64,000 nt of DNA from Squalus acanthias (GCA_030390025.1 CM059431.1:99946001-100010000), one strand, 5' to 3'. Positions 1-12,519 are shown, counted from the first letter of the stretch. Notes: generated by a model from the sequence alone, not told the origin. Numbers and translations: made by a program.

Positions 1-82
1 AAAGTACTTCATTGGCTGTAAAGCGCTTTGGGACGTCCTGTGGTTGTGAAAGGCGCTATAGAAATGCAAGTCTTTCTTTCTT
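1..82 (+). mobile_element. 3' tail of DeuSINE (SacSINE1-like) copy
   Basis: aaagtacttcattggctgtaaagcgctttgggacgtcc...aaggcgctatagaaatgcaagtctttcttt, same tail as the fuller copies at 28350-28798 and 46160-46612. Confidence 0.7.
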
Positions 83-509
83 TGATTAACAAAAATTATC
101 AATCTCAGCATCAATTGCCATTTGCGGAAGAGAGTTCCAAACTTCTACCACCCTTTGTGTGTAGAAGTGTTTCCTAATTTCACTCCTGAAAGGTCTGGCT
201 CTAATTTTTAGACTATGCCCCCCTAGTCCTAGACTCCCCAACCAACAGAAATAGTTTCTCTCTATCTATCCTATCTGTTCCCCTTATATATCTAAATTCT
301 AAGGAATACAACCCTAATTTGTGTAATCTCTCCTTGCAACATAAACCTTGGCATTTAGGGTCATTTAACCATTGGTCCAGCTCATTGGCACCCGCAGTTC
401 GATTGCGTTATGACGACAAGTCCCAAGAGCGAATACCGGTTGGTCCTCGTACGTCTCTTCTCCGATGCACCGTCCCTGTGTTCCACCGGAATTGTGCCTA
501 ATTTCAGGG

Positions 510-951
510 TAGGGGGGAAGGGGGCCGGAGGGGGGAGGGTGCGCGAGGGGGGGACGACGGGGGGGTGTGGCACGAGGGGAGGGGGTTGGCACGAGGGGAG
601 GGGGGTGCGAGGGGGGCGCAAGGGGGGTGCGAGGGGAGGGGGCGCGAGGGGAGGGGGGGTTGGCGCGAGGGGAGGGAGGTTGGCGCGAGGGGAGGGGGAC
701 GCGAGTGGGGGGTTGGTGCGAGGGGAGGGAGGCGCGAGGGGAGGGGGGCGCAAGGGGAGGGAGGTGCGAGGGGGTTCCGAGGGGGGGTGCGCGAGGGGAG
801 GGGGCGTGGGGAGGAGGCGCGAGGGGGGTTGGCGCGAGGGGAGGGGGGCGTGAGGGGGGCGTGAGGGGAGGGGGGCGTGAGGGGGGGCGCGAGGGGGTGC
901 GCGAGGGGAGGGGGGCGTGGGGAGGGGGGCGCGAGGGGGGATTAGCGCGAG
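510..951. repeat. G-rich low-complexity tandem repeat (degenerate gcgcgaggggagggggg units), G-quadruplex-prone
   Basis: Dozens of G4-G7 runs and extreme G skew on the + strand; produces the spurious Pro/Gly/Arg ORFs. Confidence 0.9.
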
Positions 952-1452
952 CAACTTTAGGCCCCGTCATCTCTGGGAATATCACAAAACTGGTTAATGT
1001 TGCCGGGTGGTTTAGTGATTTTCATTCAAAAATCACAAGTGTTAAAAGGTAGCTGAAGCACTAAAGCTTGAAGTGTTTTGTTGCTGCGTAGAATTATATG
1101 ATTGCCTCTTTTTGGGCACGGGGGCGGGGGCAGGGGGAAATACCGGATCAAGAGGTAAAGGCTCCTCTTTCCTTTGATTCATTCTGAAGGCACTTTGATG
1201 GCGTGGGTGGGAATACTGAATTAATCAAGGCCTTTGAAAGCTTTTGTTGGCTCTGACAATCAACATCCTGATTCACAGTAACGGTGAGATGAGCCAGTGC
1301 TGCGGTGAGAACGCCTTGATGGTATTCCAGAGGTTGAGTGGCGACGAACTGATGCTTAAGTAAATGTCAAGAAAATGAATTCCGTTGTAATCTTCAGAAA
1401 ATGCCTTTAAAATGACAGCACAATCTTGGCAGCATTCTAATCTAGACTAATA

Positions 1453-3258
1453 AATCCAGGCTGATACTCACCGTGCAGTACTGAGGGAGCGCTGCACTGT
1501 CGGAGGGGCAGTACTGAGGGAGTGCTGCACTGTCGGAGGGGCAGTACTGAGGGAGCGCTGCACTGTCGGAGGGGCAGTACTGAGGGAGCGCTGCACTGTC
1601 GGAGGGGCAGTACTGAGGGAGCGCTGCACTGTCAGAGGGGCAGTACTGAGGGAGCGCTACACTGGCGGAGGGGCAGTACTGAGGGAGTGCTGCACTGTCG
1701 GAGGGGCAGTAATGAGGGAGCGCTGCACTGTCGGAGGGGCAGTACTGAGGGAGTGCTGCACTGTCGGAGGGGCAGTACTGAGGGAGCGCTGCACTGTCGG
1801 AGGGGCAGTACTGAGGGAGCGCTGCACTGTCGGAGGGGCAGTACTGAGGGAGCGCTGCACTGTCAGAGGGGCAGTACTGAGGGAGCGCTACACTGGCGGA
1901 GGGGCAGTACTGAGGGAGTGCTGCACTGTCGGAGGGGCAGTAATGAGGGAGCGCTGCACTGTCGGAGGGGCAGTACTGAGGGAGTGCTACACTGTCAGAG
2001 GGGCAGTACTGAGGGAGCGCCGCATTGTCGGAGGGGCAGTACTGAGGGAGCGCCGCACTGTCGGAGGGGCAGTACTGAGGGAGCACCGCACTGTCGGAGG
2101 GTCAGTACTGAGGAAGCGCCGCACTATCGGAGGGGCAGTACTGAGGGAGCGCCGCACTTTCGGAGGGGCAGTACTGAGGGAGCGCCACACTGTCGGAGGG
2201 GCAGTACTGAGGGAGCGCCGCACTGTCGGAGGGGCAGTACTGAGGGAGCGCCGCACTTTCGGAGGGGCAGTACTGAGGGAGCGCCGCACTGTCGGAGGGG
2301 CAGTACTGAGGGAGCGCTGCACTGTCGGAGGGGCAGTACTGAGGGAGTGCTACACTGTCGGAGGGGCAGTACTGAGGTAGCGCCGCACTGTCGGAGGGGC
2401 AGTACTGAGGGAGCGCTGCACTGTCGGAGGGGCGGTACTGAGGGAGTGCTACACTGTCGGAGGGGCAGTACTGAGGGAGCACCGCAGTGTCAGAGGGGCA
2501 GTACTGAGGGAGCGCCGCACTGTCGGAGGGGCAGTACTGAGGGTGCGCCGCACTGTCGGAGGGGCAGTACTGAGGGAGCGCCGCACTGTCGGAGGGGCAG
2601 TACTGAGGGAGCACCGCACTGTCGGAGGGTCAGTACTGAGGGAGCCCCGCACTTTCGGAGGGGCAGTACTGAGGGAGCGCCGCACTGTCGGAGGGGCGGT
2701 ACTGAGGGAGCGCTGCACTGTTGGAGGGGCAGTACTGAGGGAGCGCTGCACTGTCGGAGGGGCGGCACTGAGGGAGCGCCGCACTGTCGGAGGGGCATTA
2801 CTGAGGGAGCGCCGCACTGTCGGAGGGACAGTACTGAGGGAGTGCCGCACTGTCGGAGGGACAGTACTGAGGGAGTGCCGCACTGTCGGAGGGACAGTAC
2901 TGAGGGAGTGCCGCACTGTCGGACCGGCAGTACTGAGGGAGCGCCGCACTGTCGGAGGGACAGTACTGAGGGAGCGCCGCACTGTCGGAGGTGTCGTGTT
3001 TCGGATGAGGCATTAAACCGAGGCCCTGTCTAGTCTCTCAGGTGGGCATAAAAGAACCCACGGCACTATTTCGAAGAAGAGCAGGGGAGTTCTCCCCGGT
3101 GTCCAGGGGCCAATGTTTATCCCTCAATCAACATAAGAAAAAAACCCAGATTATCTGGTCATTATCACATTGCTGTTTGTGGGAGCTTGCTGTGCGCAAA
3201 TTGGCTGCCGCGTTTCCTACAATACAGTGACTACACTTCAAAAAGTACTTAATTGGCC
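1453..3258 (+). mobile_element. DeuSINE (SacSINE1-like) with internally expanded minisatellite
   Basis: SINE sequence aatccaggctgatactc precedes the array and Deu-like ttcggatgaggcattaaaccgaggccc...gggagcttgctgtgcgcaaattggctgccgcgtttcc follows it; collinear with 28350-28798. Confidence 0.8.
1475..2992. repeat. 33-bp minisatellite, about 46 units (gcagtactgagggagcgc(t/c)gcactgtcggaggg)
   Basis: Direct tandem repetition, 1518 bp / 33. Confidence 0.97.
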
Positions 3259-3481
3259 ACAACCTTCTGACTCAGAGGCGAGGGTGCAACCAACTGAGCC
3301 ACAGCTGAAGCTGGATAAACACATGAGGGAGAAAGGAATAGAAGGATATGCTGATAGGGTGAGATGGAGAGAGGTGGGAGGAGGCTCGTGTGGAACATAA
3401 ACACCGGCACGGACCAGTTGGGCCAAATGGCCTGTTTCTGTGCCGTAATTTGTATGTATTTCTATGTAATATATAAAATAT

Positions 3482-6356
3482 AAAAAGCTAGTATCAGTAA
3501 TGGTGACCATGAAACTACCAGATTTTCGTAAAAACCCATCTGGTTCACGAATGTCCTTTCGGGAAGGAAATCTGCCGTCCTTACCCGGTCTGGCCTATAT
3601 GTGACTCCAGACCCACAGCAATGTGGTTGACTCTAAACTGCCCTCTGAAATGACCCAGCGAGACACTCAGTTGTACCAAACGTTACAAAGAAGTATACAA
3701 AGAATAAAACCAGACAGACCACCCAGCATCAACCTAGGCACCGGACACAACAAAGGCACACCCAGCCCAATCGACTCTGCAAAGTCCTCCTCTCCAACAT
3801 CTGGGGACTTATGTCAAAATTGGGAGAGCAACAGCCTGATACTCACAGAATCATACCTTTCAGCCAATGTCCCAGACTTCTACATCACCATCCCTGGGTA
3901 TGTCCTGTCCCACCGGCAGGGCAGATCCACCAGGGGTGGCAGCACAGTGGTATACAGTCGGGAGGAATGGCCCTGGGAGTCCACAACATTGACTCCAGAC
4001 CCAACGATGTCTCATGGCATCAGGTCAAGCATGGGTAAGGGAACCAAATGTAATATTCCCAAGTTTGCTGATGACACAAAACTAGGTGGGATTGTGAGTT
4101 GTGAGGAGGATGCAAAGAGGCTTCAAGGCGATTTAGACAAGTTGAGTGAGTGGGCAAATACATGGCAGATGCAGTATAACGTGGATAAAATGTGAAGTTA
4201 TCCACTTCGGTAGGAAAAGCAGAAAGGCAGAGTATTATTTAAATGGTGATAGATTGGGAAATGTTGATGTACAAAGGGACCTGGGTGTCCTTGTACACCA
4301 GTCACTGAAAGCAAACATTCAGGTGCAGCAAGCAGTTAGGAAGGCAAATGGTATGTTGGCCTTCATTGCAAGAGGATTTGAGTACAGGAGCAAGGATGTC
4401 TTACTACAGTTATACAGGGCCTTGGTGAGACCACACCTGGAATACTGTGTGCAGTTTTGGTCTCCTTACCTAAGAAAGGATATACTTGCCATAGAGGGAG
4501 TGCAGCGAAGGTTCACCAGACTGATTCCTGGGATGGCAGGACTGTTGTATGAGGAGAGATTGGGTCGACTAGGTTTCCCCTGGCTGGGGGGTCTAGAACG
4601 AGGGATCACAGTCTCAGGATATGGGGTAGGACATTTAGGACTGAGATGAGGAGAAATTTCTTCACTCAGAGGGTGGTGAACCTGTGGAATTCTCTACCAC
4701 AGAAGGCTGTGGAGGCCAAGTCACTGAATATATTTAAGAAGGAGATAGATAGATTTCTAGAGACAAAAGGCATCAAGGGGTATGGGGAGAGAGCGGGAAT
4801 ATGGTATTGAGATAGAGGATCAGCCATGATCATATTAAATGGCGGAGCAGGCTCGAAGGGCTGAATGGCCTACTCCTGCTCCTATTTTTCTATGTTTCTA
4901 TGTAACCTCCTGCTGATTACCACCTACCGCCCTCCCTCAGCTGATGAATCCGTACTCCTCCATGTTGAACACTACTTGAAAGCAGCACTGAGAGTAGCAA
5001 GGGCACAGAACGTACTCTGGGTGGGGGACTTCAATGTCCATCATCAAGCGTGGCTTGGTAGCACCACTATTGACCGAGCTGGCCGAGTTCTGAAGGACAT
5101 AGCTGCCAGTCTGGGCCTGCGTCAGGTGGTGAGAGAACCAACACGAGGGAAAAAACCTACTTGATCTCATCCTCACCAATCTACCTATCGCAGATGCATC
5201 TGTCCATGACAGTATTGGTAGGCGTGACCACCACACAGTCCTTGTGGAGACGAAGTCCCGTCTTCACACTGAGGACACCCTCCATTGTGTTGTGTGGCAC
5301 TACCACAGTGCTACATGGGATAGATTCAGAGCAGATCTAGCAGCTCAAAATTGGGCATCCATGAGATGCTATGGGCCATCAGCAGCAACAAAATTGTATT
5401 CCACCACAATCTGTAAACTCATGGTCCAGCATGTCCCCCACTCTACCATGTTCGCTGATGATTGCACAGTGTTCAGTTCCATTTGCAACTCCTCAGGTAA
5501 TGAAGCAGTCCATGTACGCTTGCAGCAAGAGGTGGACCACATTCAGGCTTGCGCTGATAAGTGGCCGGTAACGTTCGTGCCACACAAGTGCCAGGTAACG
5601 ACTATCTCCAACATGACAGAGTCTAACCATCACCCCTTGACATTCAACGGCATTACCATCACCAAATCCCCCACCATCAACATCCTGGGGGGGGTCACCA
5701 TTGACCAGAAACTTAGCTGGACCAGCCACATAGATACTGTGGCAACAAGAGCAGGTCAGAGGCTGGGTATTCTGCAGTGAGTGTCTCACCTCCTGATTCC
5801 CCAAAGCCTTTCCACCATCTACAAGGCACAAGTCAGGAGTGTGATGGAATACTCTCCACTTGCCTGGATGAGTGCAGCTCCAACAACACTCAAGAAGCTC
5901 GACACCATCCAGGATAAAGCAGCCCGCTTGATTGGCACCCCATCTACCACCTTAAACATTCACTCCCTCCACCACCGGCGCACCGTGGCTGCAGTGTGTA
6001 CCATCTACAAGATGCACTGCAGCAACTCGCCAAGGCTTCTTCGGCAGCACCTCCCAAACCCGCGACCTCTTCCACCTAGAAGGACAAGGGCAGGAGGCGC
6101 ATGGGAACACCACCACCTCCAAGTTCCCCTCCAAGTCACACACCATCCTGACTTAGAAGTATATCGCCGATCCTTCATCGTCGCTGGGTCAAAATCCTGG
6201 AACTCCCTCCCGAACAGCCCTGTGGGAGCACCTTCACCATACGGACTGCAGTGGTTCAAGAAGACGTTTCACCAGCACCTTCTCAAGGGCAATTAGGGAT
6301 GAGCAATAAATGCTGGACTTGCCAGCGACGCTCACATCCCGTGACTGAATAAAAAC
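3482..6356 (+). mobile_element. Degraded CR1-group LINE (second family): APE endonuclease and RT remnants, internal deletion near 5445, interrupted by a CR1
   Basis: LTESYL, TTYRPPS and VGDFNVHH endonuclease motifs; MFADDCTVF RT motif; YKAQVRSVMEYSPLAW; 3' tail gggcaattagggatgagcaataaatgc...cacatccc. Confidence 0.8.
4039..4903 (+). mobile_element. 5'-truncated CR1 LINE nested in the endonuclease region of the LINE above
   Basis: KFADDTKLGG and LVRPHLEYCVQFWSP; ends in a (tttctatg) repeat; host frame KHG.G|NLLLITTYR is split by it. Confidence 0.9.
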
Positions 6357-6699
6357 AAAATATGTAAAAGAAATACTTGTGTTTATATAGCACCTTTCAT
6401 GATCTCATGTCGTTCCAAAGGGCTTTACAGCCAATGAAGTATTTTTGAAGTATAGTCAGTGTTGTAATGTAGGAAATACCAGAGTAAATCCTAATTCACT
6501 TCCGCACAGGACCAGATGGTTATTTATGGTAATGACGTAGCTAAGCCATCCAACCAGAAATGTCCCAGGTACAATTCCTGGCTGAGATGCTGATGTTAGC
6601 AAGTGTGGCAATAGTGGTGCTAACATTTGGCTGTGGAGGGGAAAACATGGTCAGAGTTCCGATTCTTCATCGCTAACCGGGAAATCCATTTTTGGAACA

Positions 6700-6835
6700 A
6701 AAGCAAAATACTGCGGATGCTGGAAATCTGAAATAACAACAGAAACTGCTGGAAACAGTCAGCAGGCCAGACAGCAGCTGTGGAGAGAGAAACAGAGTTA
6801 ACGTTTCAGGTCGGTGACCATCCATCAGAACCAGT
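6700..6835 (-). mobile_element. Penelope-like element 3' (pLTR) fragment with degenerate hammerhead motif
   Basis: Reverse complement matches the 3' part of 43650-44300. Confidence 0.7.
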
Positions 6836-7149
6836 AAAAGTTCATTGACCTGAAACATTGGGGGCAATTTTAACCTAATGCAGGAAACCCATGGGATCGG
6901 GCGGGGGTGGGGGGGAAGCTCGGTTTTACACCCTGCCCAATAATGACTTCACTGGAGAGCAAGAACGGGCGGGACAAAAACCCGCGTTGCACCCGATCCC
7001 GCAGGCTTCTCGAAGGGTGGGTTCGGTAATAACTGTCCTCTCCACAAATCATTTTTGGGAACTTCTTTACATCGACACTGCGAGGAAGAGAGGGTCAAGG
7101 TTCACCCGCAGTGCTTTCCAAGTTCACATCTCTGGGCAACATTCACCGT

Positions 7150-7525
7150 CTAACAACAACTTGTATTTATACAGCGTCTTTAACGTAGTAAAACGTCCCA
7201 AGGTGCTTCACAGGAGCGATTATCAAACAAAATTTGACACCGAGCCACATAAGGAGATATTAGGGCAGGTGAAGGAGGTAGGTTTTAAGGAGCGTCTTCC
7301 AGCAGGAGAGAGAGGCGGAGAGGTTTAGGGAGGGAATTCCAGAGCTTGGGGCCCAGGCAGGTGATAGCACGGCCGCCAATGGTGGAGCGATGAAAATCGG
7401 GGATGCGCAAGAGACCAGAATTGGAGGAGCGCAGAGGGTTGTAGGGCCGGAGGAGGTTACAGAGATAGAGAGGCCATGGAGGGATTTGAACACAAGGATG
7501 GGAATTTTAAAATTGAGGCGTTGTC
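7150..7525 (-). mobile_element. L2 LINE 3' fragment
   Basis: Matches the 3' end of the L2 at 35365-36965, including the (ttg)n tail. Confidence 0.75.
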
Positions 7526-7794
7526 TAGACGCACGCATGGAGAGTAGACACATGAGCAAGGTCCTGGAAGGTGCTTGGTGCCTGTGGAATTGTATCCCAA
7601 TACAGAGAGTGAATATCTTCAGGAGAAGGAGAAGGGGTGAAGGTTTTCAGTAAAATGGAGGGGTAGAAACAGAGAAGAAGTGAGTATTATTTCCATCACT
7701 GAGCCAGCTCAAACACTGAGGGATAAATCAAACAATTGCTTAGAATGTTCAAACCAGTCCATTATCAGCAGGTTACACTGTGTCCAGCACCTCA

Positions 7795-8213
7795 TAGCAT
7801 CATACAATCCTACAGCACAGGAGGAGGCCATTCGGCCCATCGTGCCTGTGCCGGCTCTTTGAAAGAGCTCTCCAATTAGTCCCACTCCCCCCGCTCTTTC
7901 CCCAGAGCCCTGCAAATTTTTTCCTTTCAAGTATTTCTCTAATTCCCCTTTTGAAAGTTACTATTGAATCTGCTTCCACCGTCCTTTCAGGCAGCGCGTT
8001 CCAGATCACAACAACTCGCTGCGTAAATTTTTTTTTATCTCCACCCCCGCCCCCCGGTTCTTTAGCCAATCACCTTAAATCTGTGTCCTCTGGTCACCGA
8101 CTCTCCTGCCACTGGAAACAGTTTCTCCTTATTTACTCAAAACCCTTCATGATTTTGAATGCCTCTATTGAATCTCCTCTTAACCTTCTCTGCTCCAAGG
8201 AGAACAATCCTAG
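7795..8213 (-). mobile_element. CR1 3' fragment (resumes at 9493-9572 after two insertions)
   Basis: LGLFSLEQRRLRGD..EAFKIMKG and FTQRVVVIWNALPE. Confidence 0.8.
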
Positions 8214-8615
8214 CTTAGAGCAGAGAAGGCTGAGGGGGGACCTGATTGAGGTGTACAAAATTATGAGGGGCATAGATAGGGTAGATAGAAAGGAACTTTT
8301 CCCCTTAGTAGTTGGGTCAATAACCAGGGGGCATAGTTTCAAGGTAAGGGGCAGGAGGTTTAGAGGGGATTTGAGGAAAAACTTTTTCACCCAGAGGGTG
8401 GTTGGAATCTGGAACTCACTGCCTGAAAGGGTGGTAGAGGCAGGAACCCTCACCACATTCAAGAAGCATTTAGATGAGCACTTGAAACGCCATAGCATAC
8501 AAGGCTACGGACCAAGTGCTGGAAAATGGGATTAGAATAGACAGGGCTTGATGGCTGGTGTGGACACGATAGGCCGAAGGGCCTCTTTCTGTGCTGTATA
8601 AATCTATGACTCTAT
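8213..8615 (+). mobile_element. CR1 3' fragment inserted in opposite orientation
   Basis: LEQRRLRGDLIEVYKIMRGIDRVD...FFTQRVVGIWNSLP; (tctatgac) tail. Confidence 0.85.
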
Positions 8616-9486
8616 GGGGGAAAAATTCAGTTGGTTGCGCTTCCCGTTAGCGCCTTAAGAGGGCGCTAATGGGGCGCAAAGCAACTAGCGCCCGGGCACG
8701 GCGATGTTTGCGGCGCTCGCGAAATTAACTAGACATTTTGTGGCGGCGCTAAACAGTACCGCCACGATCCCCTGCACCGGCAGATCGTGACGTCAGTCGA
8801 GTGCGCAACGCCCCGGTAGCGCCCCGGAGCGGATATTGAGTGGCGCCCCCTGCCTTACCGCCTGCCGCTAGCAACGACAGGTTGAGTGGAGCATTTTGCA
8901 GTCAGGAAGGGGCTGGTGGAGCGCTATCTAAAGGCGACCGCTTCCTGCCTTTTTTTGTTGGCGACATTTTTGAACCACGCATTCTGTGAGAGAGAGAGAG
9001 AGAGACTTCTGGAGAGATTCAACGCTGTGTGAAGGAGTTTTGGGTACTGAGCAGCACTTTGCAGGTTCATTTTGATTTACCCTTCCTTGTATCGATTTAG
9101 AAGAGATTGTGGGGGCTGCACTCTGAGCTCTTTCCCTGGGGCTCTCTATTGTTCTTTCTAGCAGATTTGATGTGCAGGTCTCTCCAGGCCGAGATTCAAG
9201 GCTGCAATGAGCAGGATGTGGATGGAAAGCAAGATCAACCATCCCCTTTAAGAACTGGCCAGGGCCATTGTGTCTGTGTTCCATTGCTGACTGACATCTC
9301 ATGAGCTTCGCCAGTGCTCTGAGTTAGCGCCTCGCTCCTCGGCCTTTGCGCCTTAAGACAGATGTGTAGCGCCTGATTTAGCGCTCCAATCACCTCCAGG
9401 GGCGATAAAAGTCAAGTTTGCAGTCGGAGGCGATAATTAGCGCCGATAATTGCGCCCCAAACGGGGCGATACTGAATTTTTCCCCC
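8616..9486. mobile_element. PIF/Harbinger-type non-autonomous element (family A)
   Basis: TIR gggggaaaaattcagt / actgaatttttccccc; 3-bp TSD TAT; near-identical to 24407-25305. Confidence 0.88.
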
Positions 9487-11714
9487 TATGACTCCAGTCT
9501 CTCCACGTAACTGAAGTCCCTCATCCCTGGGACCGTTCTGGTAAATCTCCTCTGCACCCTCTCCAAGGCCTTTTATTGTAAAATAATGAAATGTAATTTA
9601 AAAATGGGGTCTATTGCATCCCTTTCTGATAAGAAATATGAAACAAAATAAAATTATGGAACATCTGAGGGAAATGTGTCTGCCATAAATCAATCAAACA
9701 GACCGTACAATCGGCTCTCCCCTGGCAAATACTGAATAAAGTACATTTTCCTGAAGTTTGTTATCAATGGAGTGTGCAAGGTTCCATTAAACCGCCGGCT
9801 GCATGGTTTCGTGATGTGCAGGGTTGGAAAATGCTGCGTTTAAGTTGTCTTACCTGCATCGACAGCAAAAACAAAACCAAAACAAAACAAAACAAAAGGC
9901 ACCAGGATTTCAATTCATTGCCCAAGGATCTCATTGCAAGCTCGATGCAAAGCACAAGGAGGGCTTCAGGGTGAACTACAGCCATTGCAATTGTGGGAGA
10001 GCTTCATAAAATTGTCTCAAATCCCAAATACATCCTTTTAATCAGAAAAGATTGCACAGAAACAACTAAATTTGCCTACCACTCGAATGAAGTGAAGAAA
10101 ATGGAATTTATTTACATCCATGACGGTGATGTGCAATCTGGGGCAAGGGGAGAGTGAAGGGATCATCAGCACTCTCCAATGTCTTGTGTATCAGGCCAGC
10201 GAATGTCTTGAACTGTCTCTATAAAGCAATTAATCTTCCTCGATTCCAAGCATATGTGGCTTAAGATAACCATCAACACAGCTAAATCACTGACCTGAAA
10301 ACCAATATCTTGTCTGCGCTGTCCCAAGCTTTCTACAATACTGGCTCTGCAGCCACTCACTTCCTTGGCTCAGACCAGATTAAATTGTATCACTACCAGA
10401 ACAATTTGCATTTATATAGCTCCTTTAACGTTGTAGAACGTCGCAAGGTGCTTCACAGGAGCCTAATCAGACAAAACATTTGAGACCGAGCCACGTAAGG
10501 AGATGTCAGGACAGGTGACCAAAAGTTTTGAAGGAGGAGAGAGAGGTTAGAGCGGCAAAGAGGTTTAGGGAGGGAATTCCAGAGCTTAGGACACGATCGG
10601 AGGGGAAGTAGAATCCCAAGGCTGACTCGTGGGGTCAGGAGGAGCACTCCTTGCTGAGCGCAAATTGGCGGCTGCGTTCCCTACATTACAACAGTGACCA
10701 CACTTCAAAAAGTACTTCATTGGCTGTAAAGCGCTTTGGGACGTCCTGAGTTTGTGAAAGGCATCACAGAAATGCAAGTGGCTTGGCTGGAAGAAAAGGT
10801 TGTGACTTCCATCGCCAAGACTATTTAAAATAGTTCCTGGTCCCAGTTTCCGTTTGGCGGACATACTGGCGCACAACTGCGGCAGCGCCTGGGTGAGTCT
10901 CTGCGCATTCGAATCCAATCTCCCATTCTCTGGGAAGTCTCAGTGACGTATGGCAAAGCTTGTGTGCCTGAGACGGCTGCCAGGCTGAAATTAAACAAAA
11001 ATGTAAAAATCTGGCTGGGGTTTCTGGAACTTATTCCTGACCTTACAGACATTAAAAAAACAATCCACAAATATGCAAAATTTGACACCAATGTTAATTA
11101 CAGCTGTTAAAACGAGAGAGAGAAGGAAAAGAGTAACATTTTCATTTGGCTTTGATTTCAAAAATGATCCATGATTCCTGCACAAAAGTATTTGCAGTAA
11201 TTGCTGAGAAGCAATTTAAAAAATGGTCATGAAATGAAATCTGCAGCTGTAATTATAAAGTATTTATGTATCGCATGCTCCAGAAAATGTGCCATTTTTC
11301 ACTGTCACTTTTATGTTTTCATTCATTCAATGGGAATGAACAATCAAAGTTTATTTTACATAACTGGTATGAATTTTCTTAAAATCGATTTGAATTTAAT
11401 TAGTGACAAAAGCTTTTTTCGAGCCCTACGTTTTAATTTGCAGGTTAAACGCTACTGTTCACTACTGTTCACTTACCACCAAGCCTCTAACGTGCCATGA
11501 TCTGAGCCGTTGATCTTTAACTTATTTCCGACAAGTTACGCCACTGGGCAATGAGCACAGTTAAGTTTCTGGACAAGCAAGAATTGGGAGCTTGCTGTGC
11601 GCAAATGGGCTGCCGCGTTTTCCTACATTACAACAGTGACTACACTTCAAAAAAAAAAGTGCTTCATTGGCTGTAAAGCGCTTTGGGAGGTCCCGAGGTC
11701 GTGAAAGGCGCGGT

Positions 11715-11869
11715 GGCCTAGAAATTCAATGGTGGGCGCAAAACGAGCGGTATCAGATCGGGCGCCCGTTATACGCAGCAATGGAGCTGAATCTCAGGCG
11801 CTGCGTATAACAGGCGGTCGATCCGATACCACCCGTCTTGCGTCACTGCCCGAGACGAATTTCTAGCCC
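11715..11869. mobile_element. Short palindromic MITE (Harbinger-like ends)
   Basis: ggcctagaaattc...gaatttctagccc ends; internal arms cggtatcagatcgggcgcccgttatacgcagc / gctgcgtataacaggcggtcgatccgatacc. Confidence 0.7.
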
Positions 11870-11879
11870 TATATTTTTA

Positions 11880-12160
11880 AGGTAATCGGCAAAAGAGCCA
11901 GAGGCGACATGAGGGAAAAAAGATTTACGCAGCGAGTTGTTGTGATCTGGAACGCGCTGCCTGAAAGGGCGGTGGAAGCAGATTCAATAGCAACTTTCAA
12001 AAGGGAATTGGAGAAATACTTGAAAAGGAAAAATTTGCAGGGCTCCGGGGAAGGAGCAGGGGGAGTGGGACTAATTGGAGAGCTCGTTCAAAGAGCCGGC
12101 ACAGGCACGATGGGCCGAATGGCCTCCTTCTGTGCTGTATCAGCCTATGATTCTATGATA
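11880..12160 (+). mobile_element. CR1 3' fragment
   Basis: FTQRVVVIWNALPERAVEADS; tail gattctatga. Confidence 0.8.
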
Positions 12161-12519
12161 TAAGATAAGTTCTTTCGAAGAAAAAAGAATTAAGTACTGT
12201 GACTCCTGTATGTAACCATGTGGTAATACGGATGGTAAACCTTATTGAAAACCAGTAACAAAATAATAAACTTAGGTGGAGGAGGAAATAGATTGGGAGG
12301 GGCTTCATTTCTGAAACTGACATAATCCCACCATTATCTTCATAGGAAGGAGGAAGGCTTGGGTGGAGGTTACATGACAGTTCTTTGGAATAACCACCAT
12401 CATGAGGAGCTGAGAGATGTCCATAAAGGTTAAATAATATGAGGGAAAAAATCATGAAAAGACTGTATTCAATCATTAAGCATCAAGAGTGACTGGAAGA
12501 AGGTCTTCTTATGTTCTAA

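Noticed and set aside
365..1052. Pro-rich and Gly/Arg-rich ORFs
   Set aside because: Translations of low-complexity G-runs that are open in most frames.
1442..3033. 503-aa and overlapping repetitive ORFs; also considered as a CRISPR-like array
   Set aside because: Products of a stop-free 33-bp minisatellite inside a SINE; no unique spacers and no cas genes.
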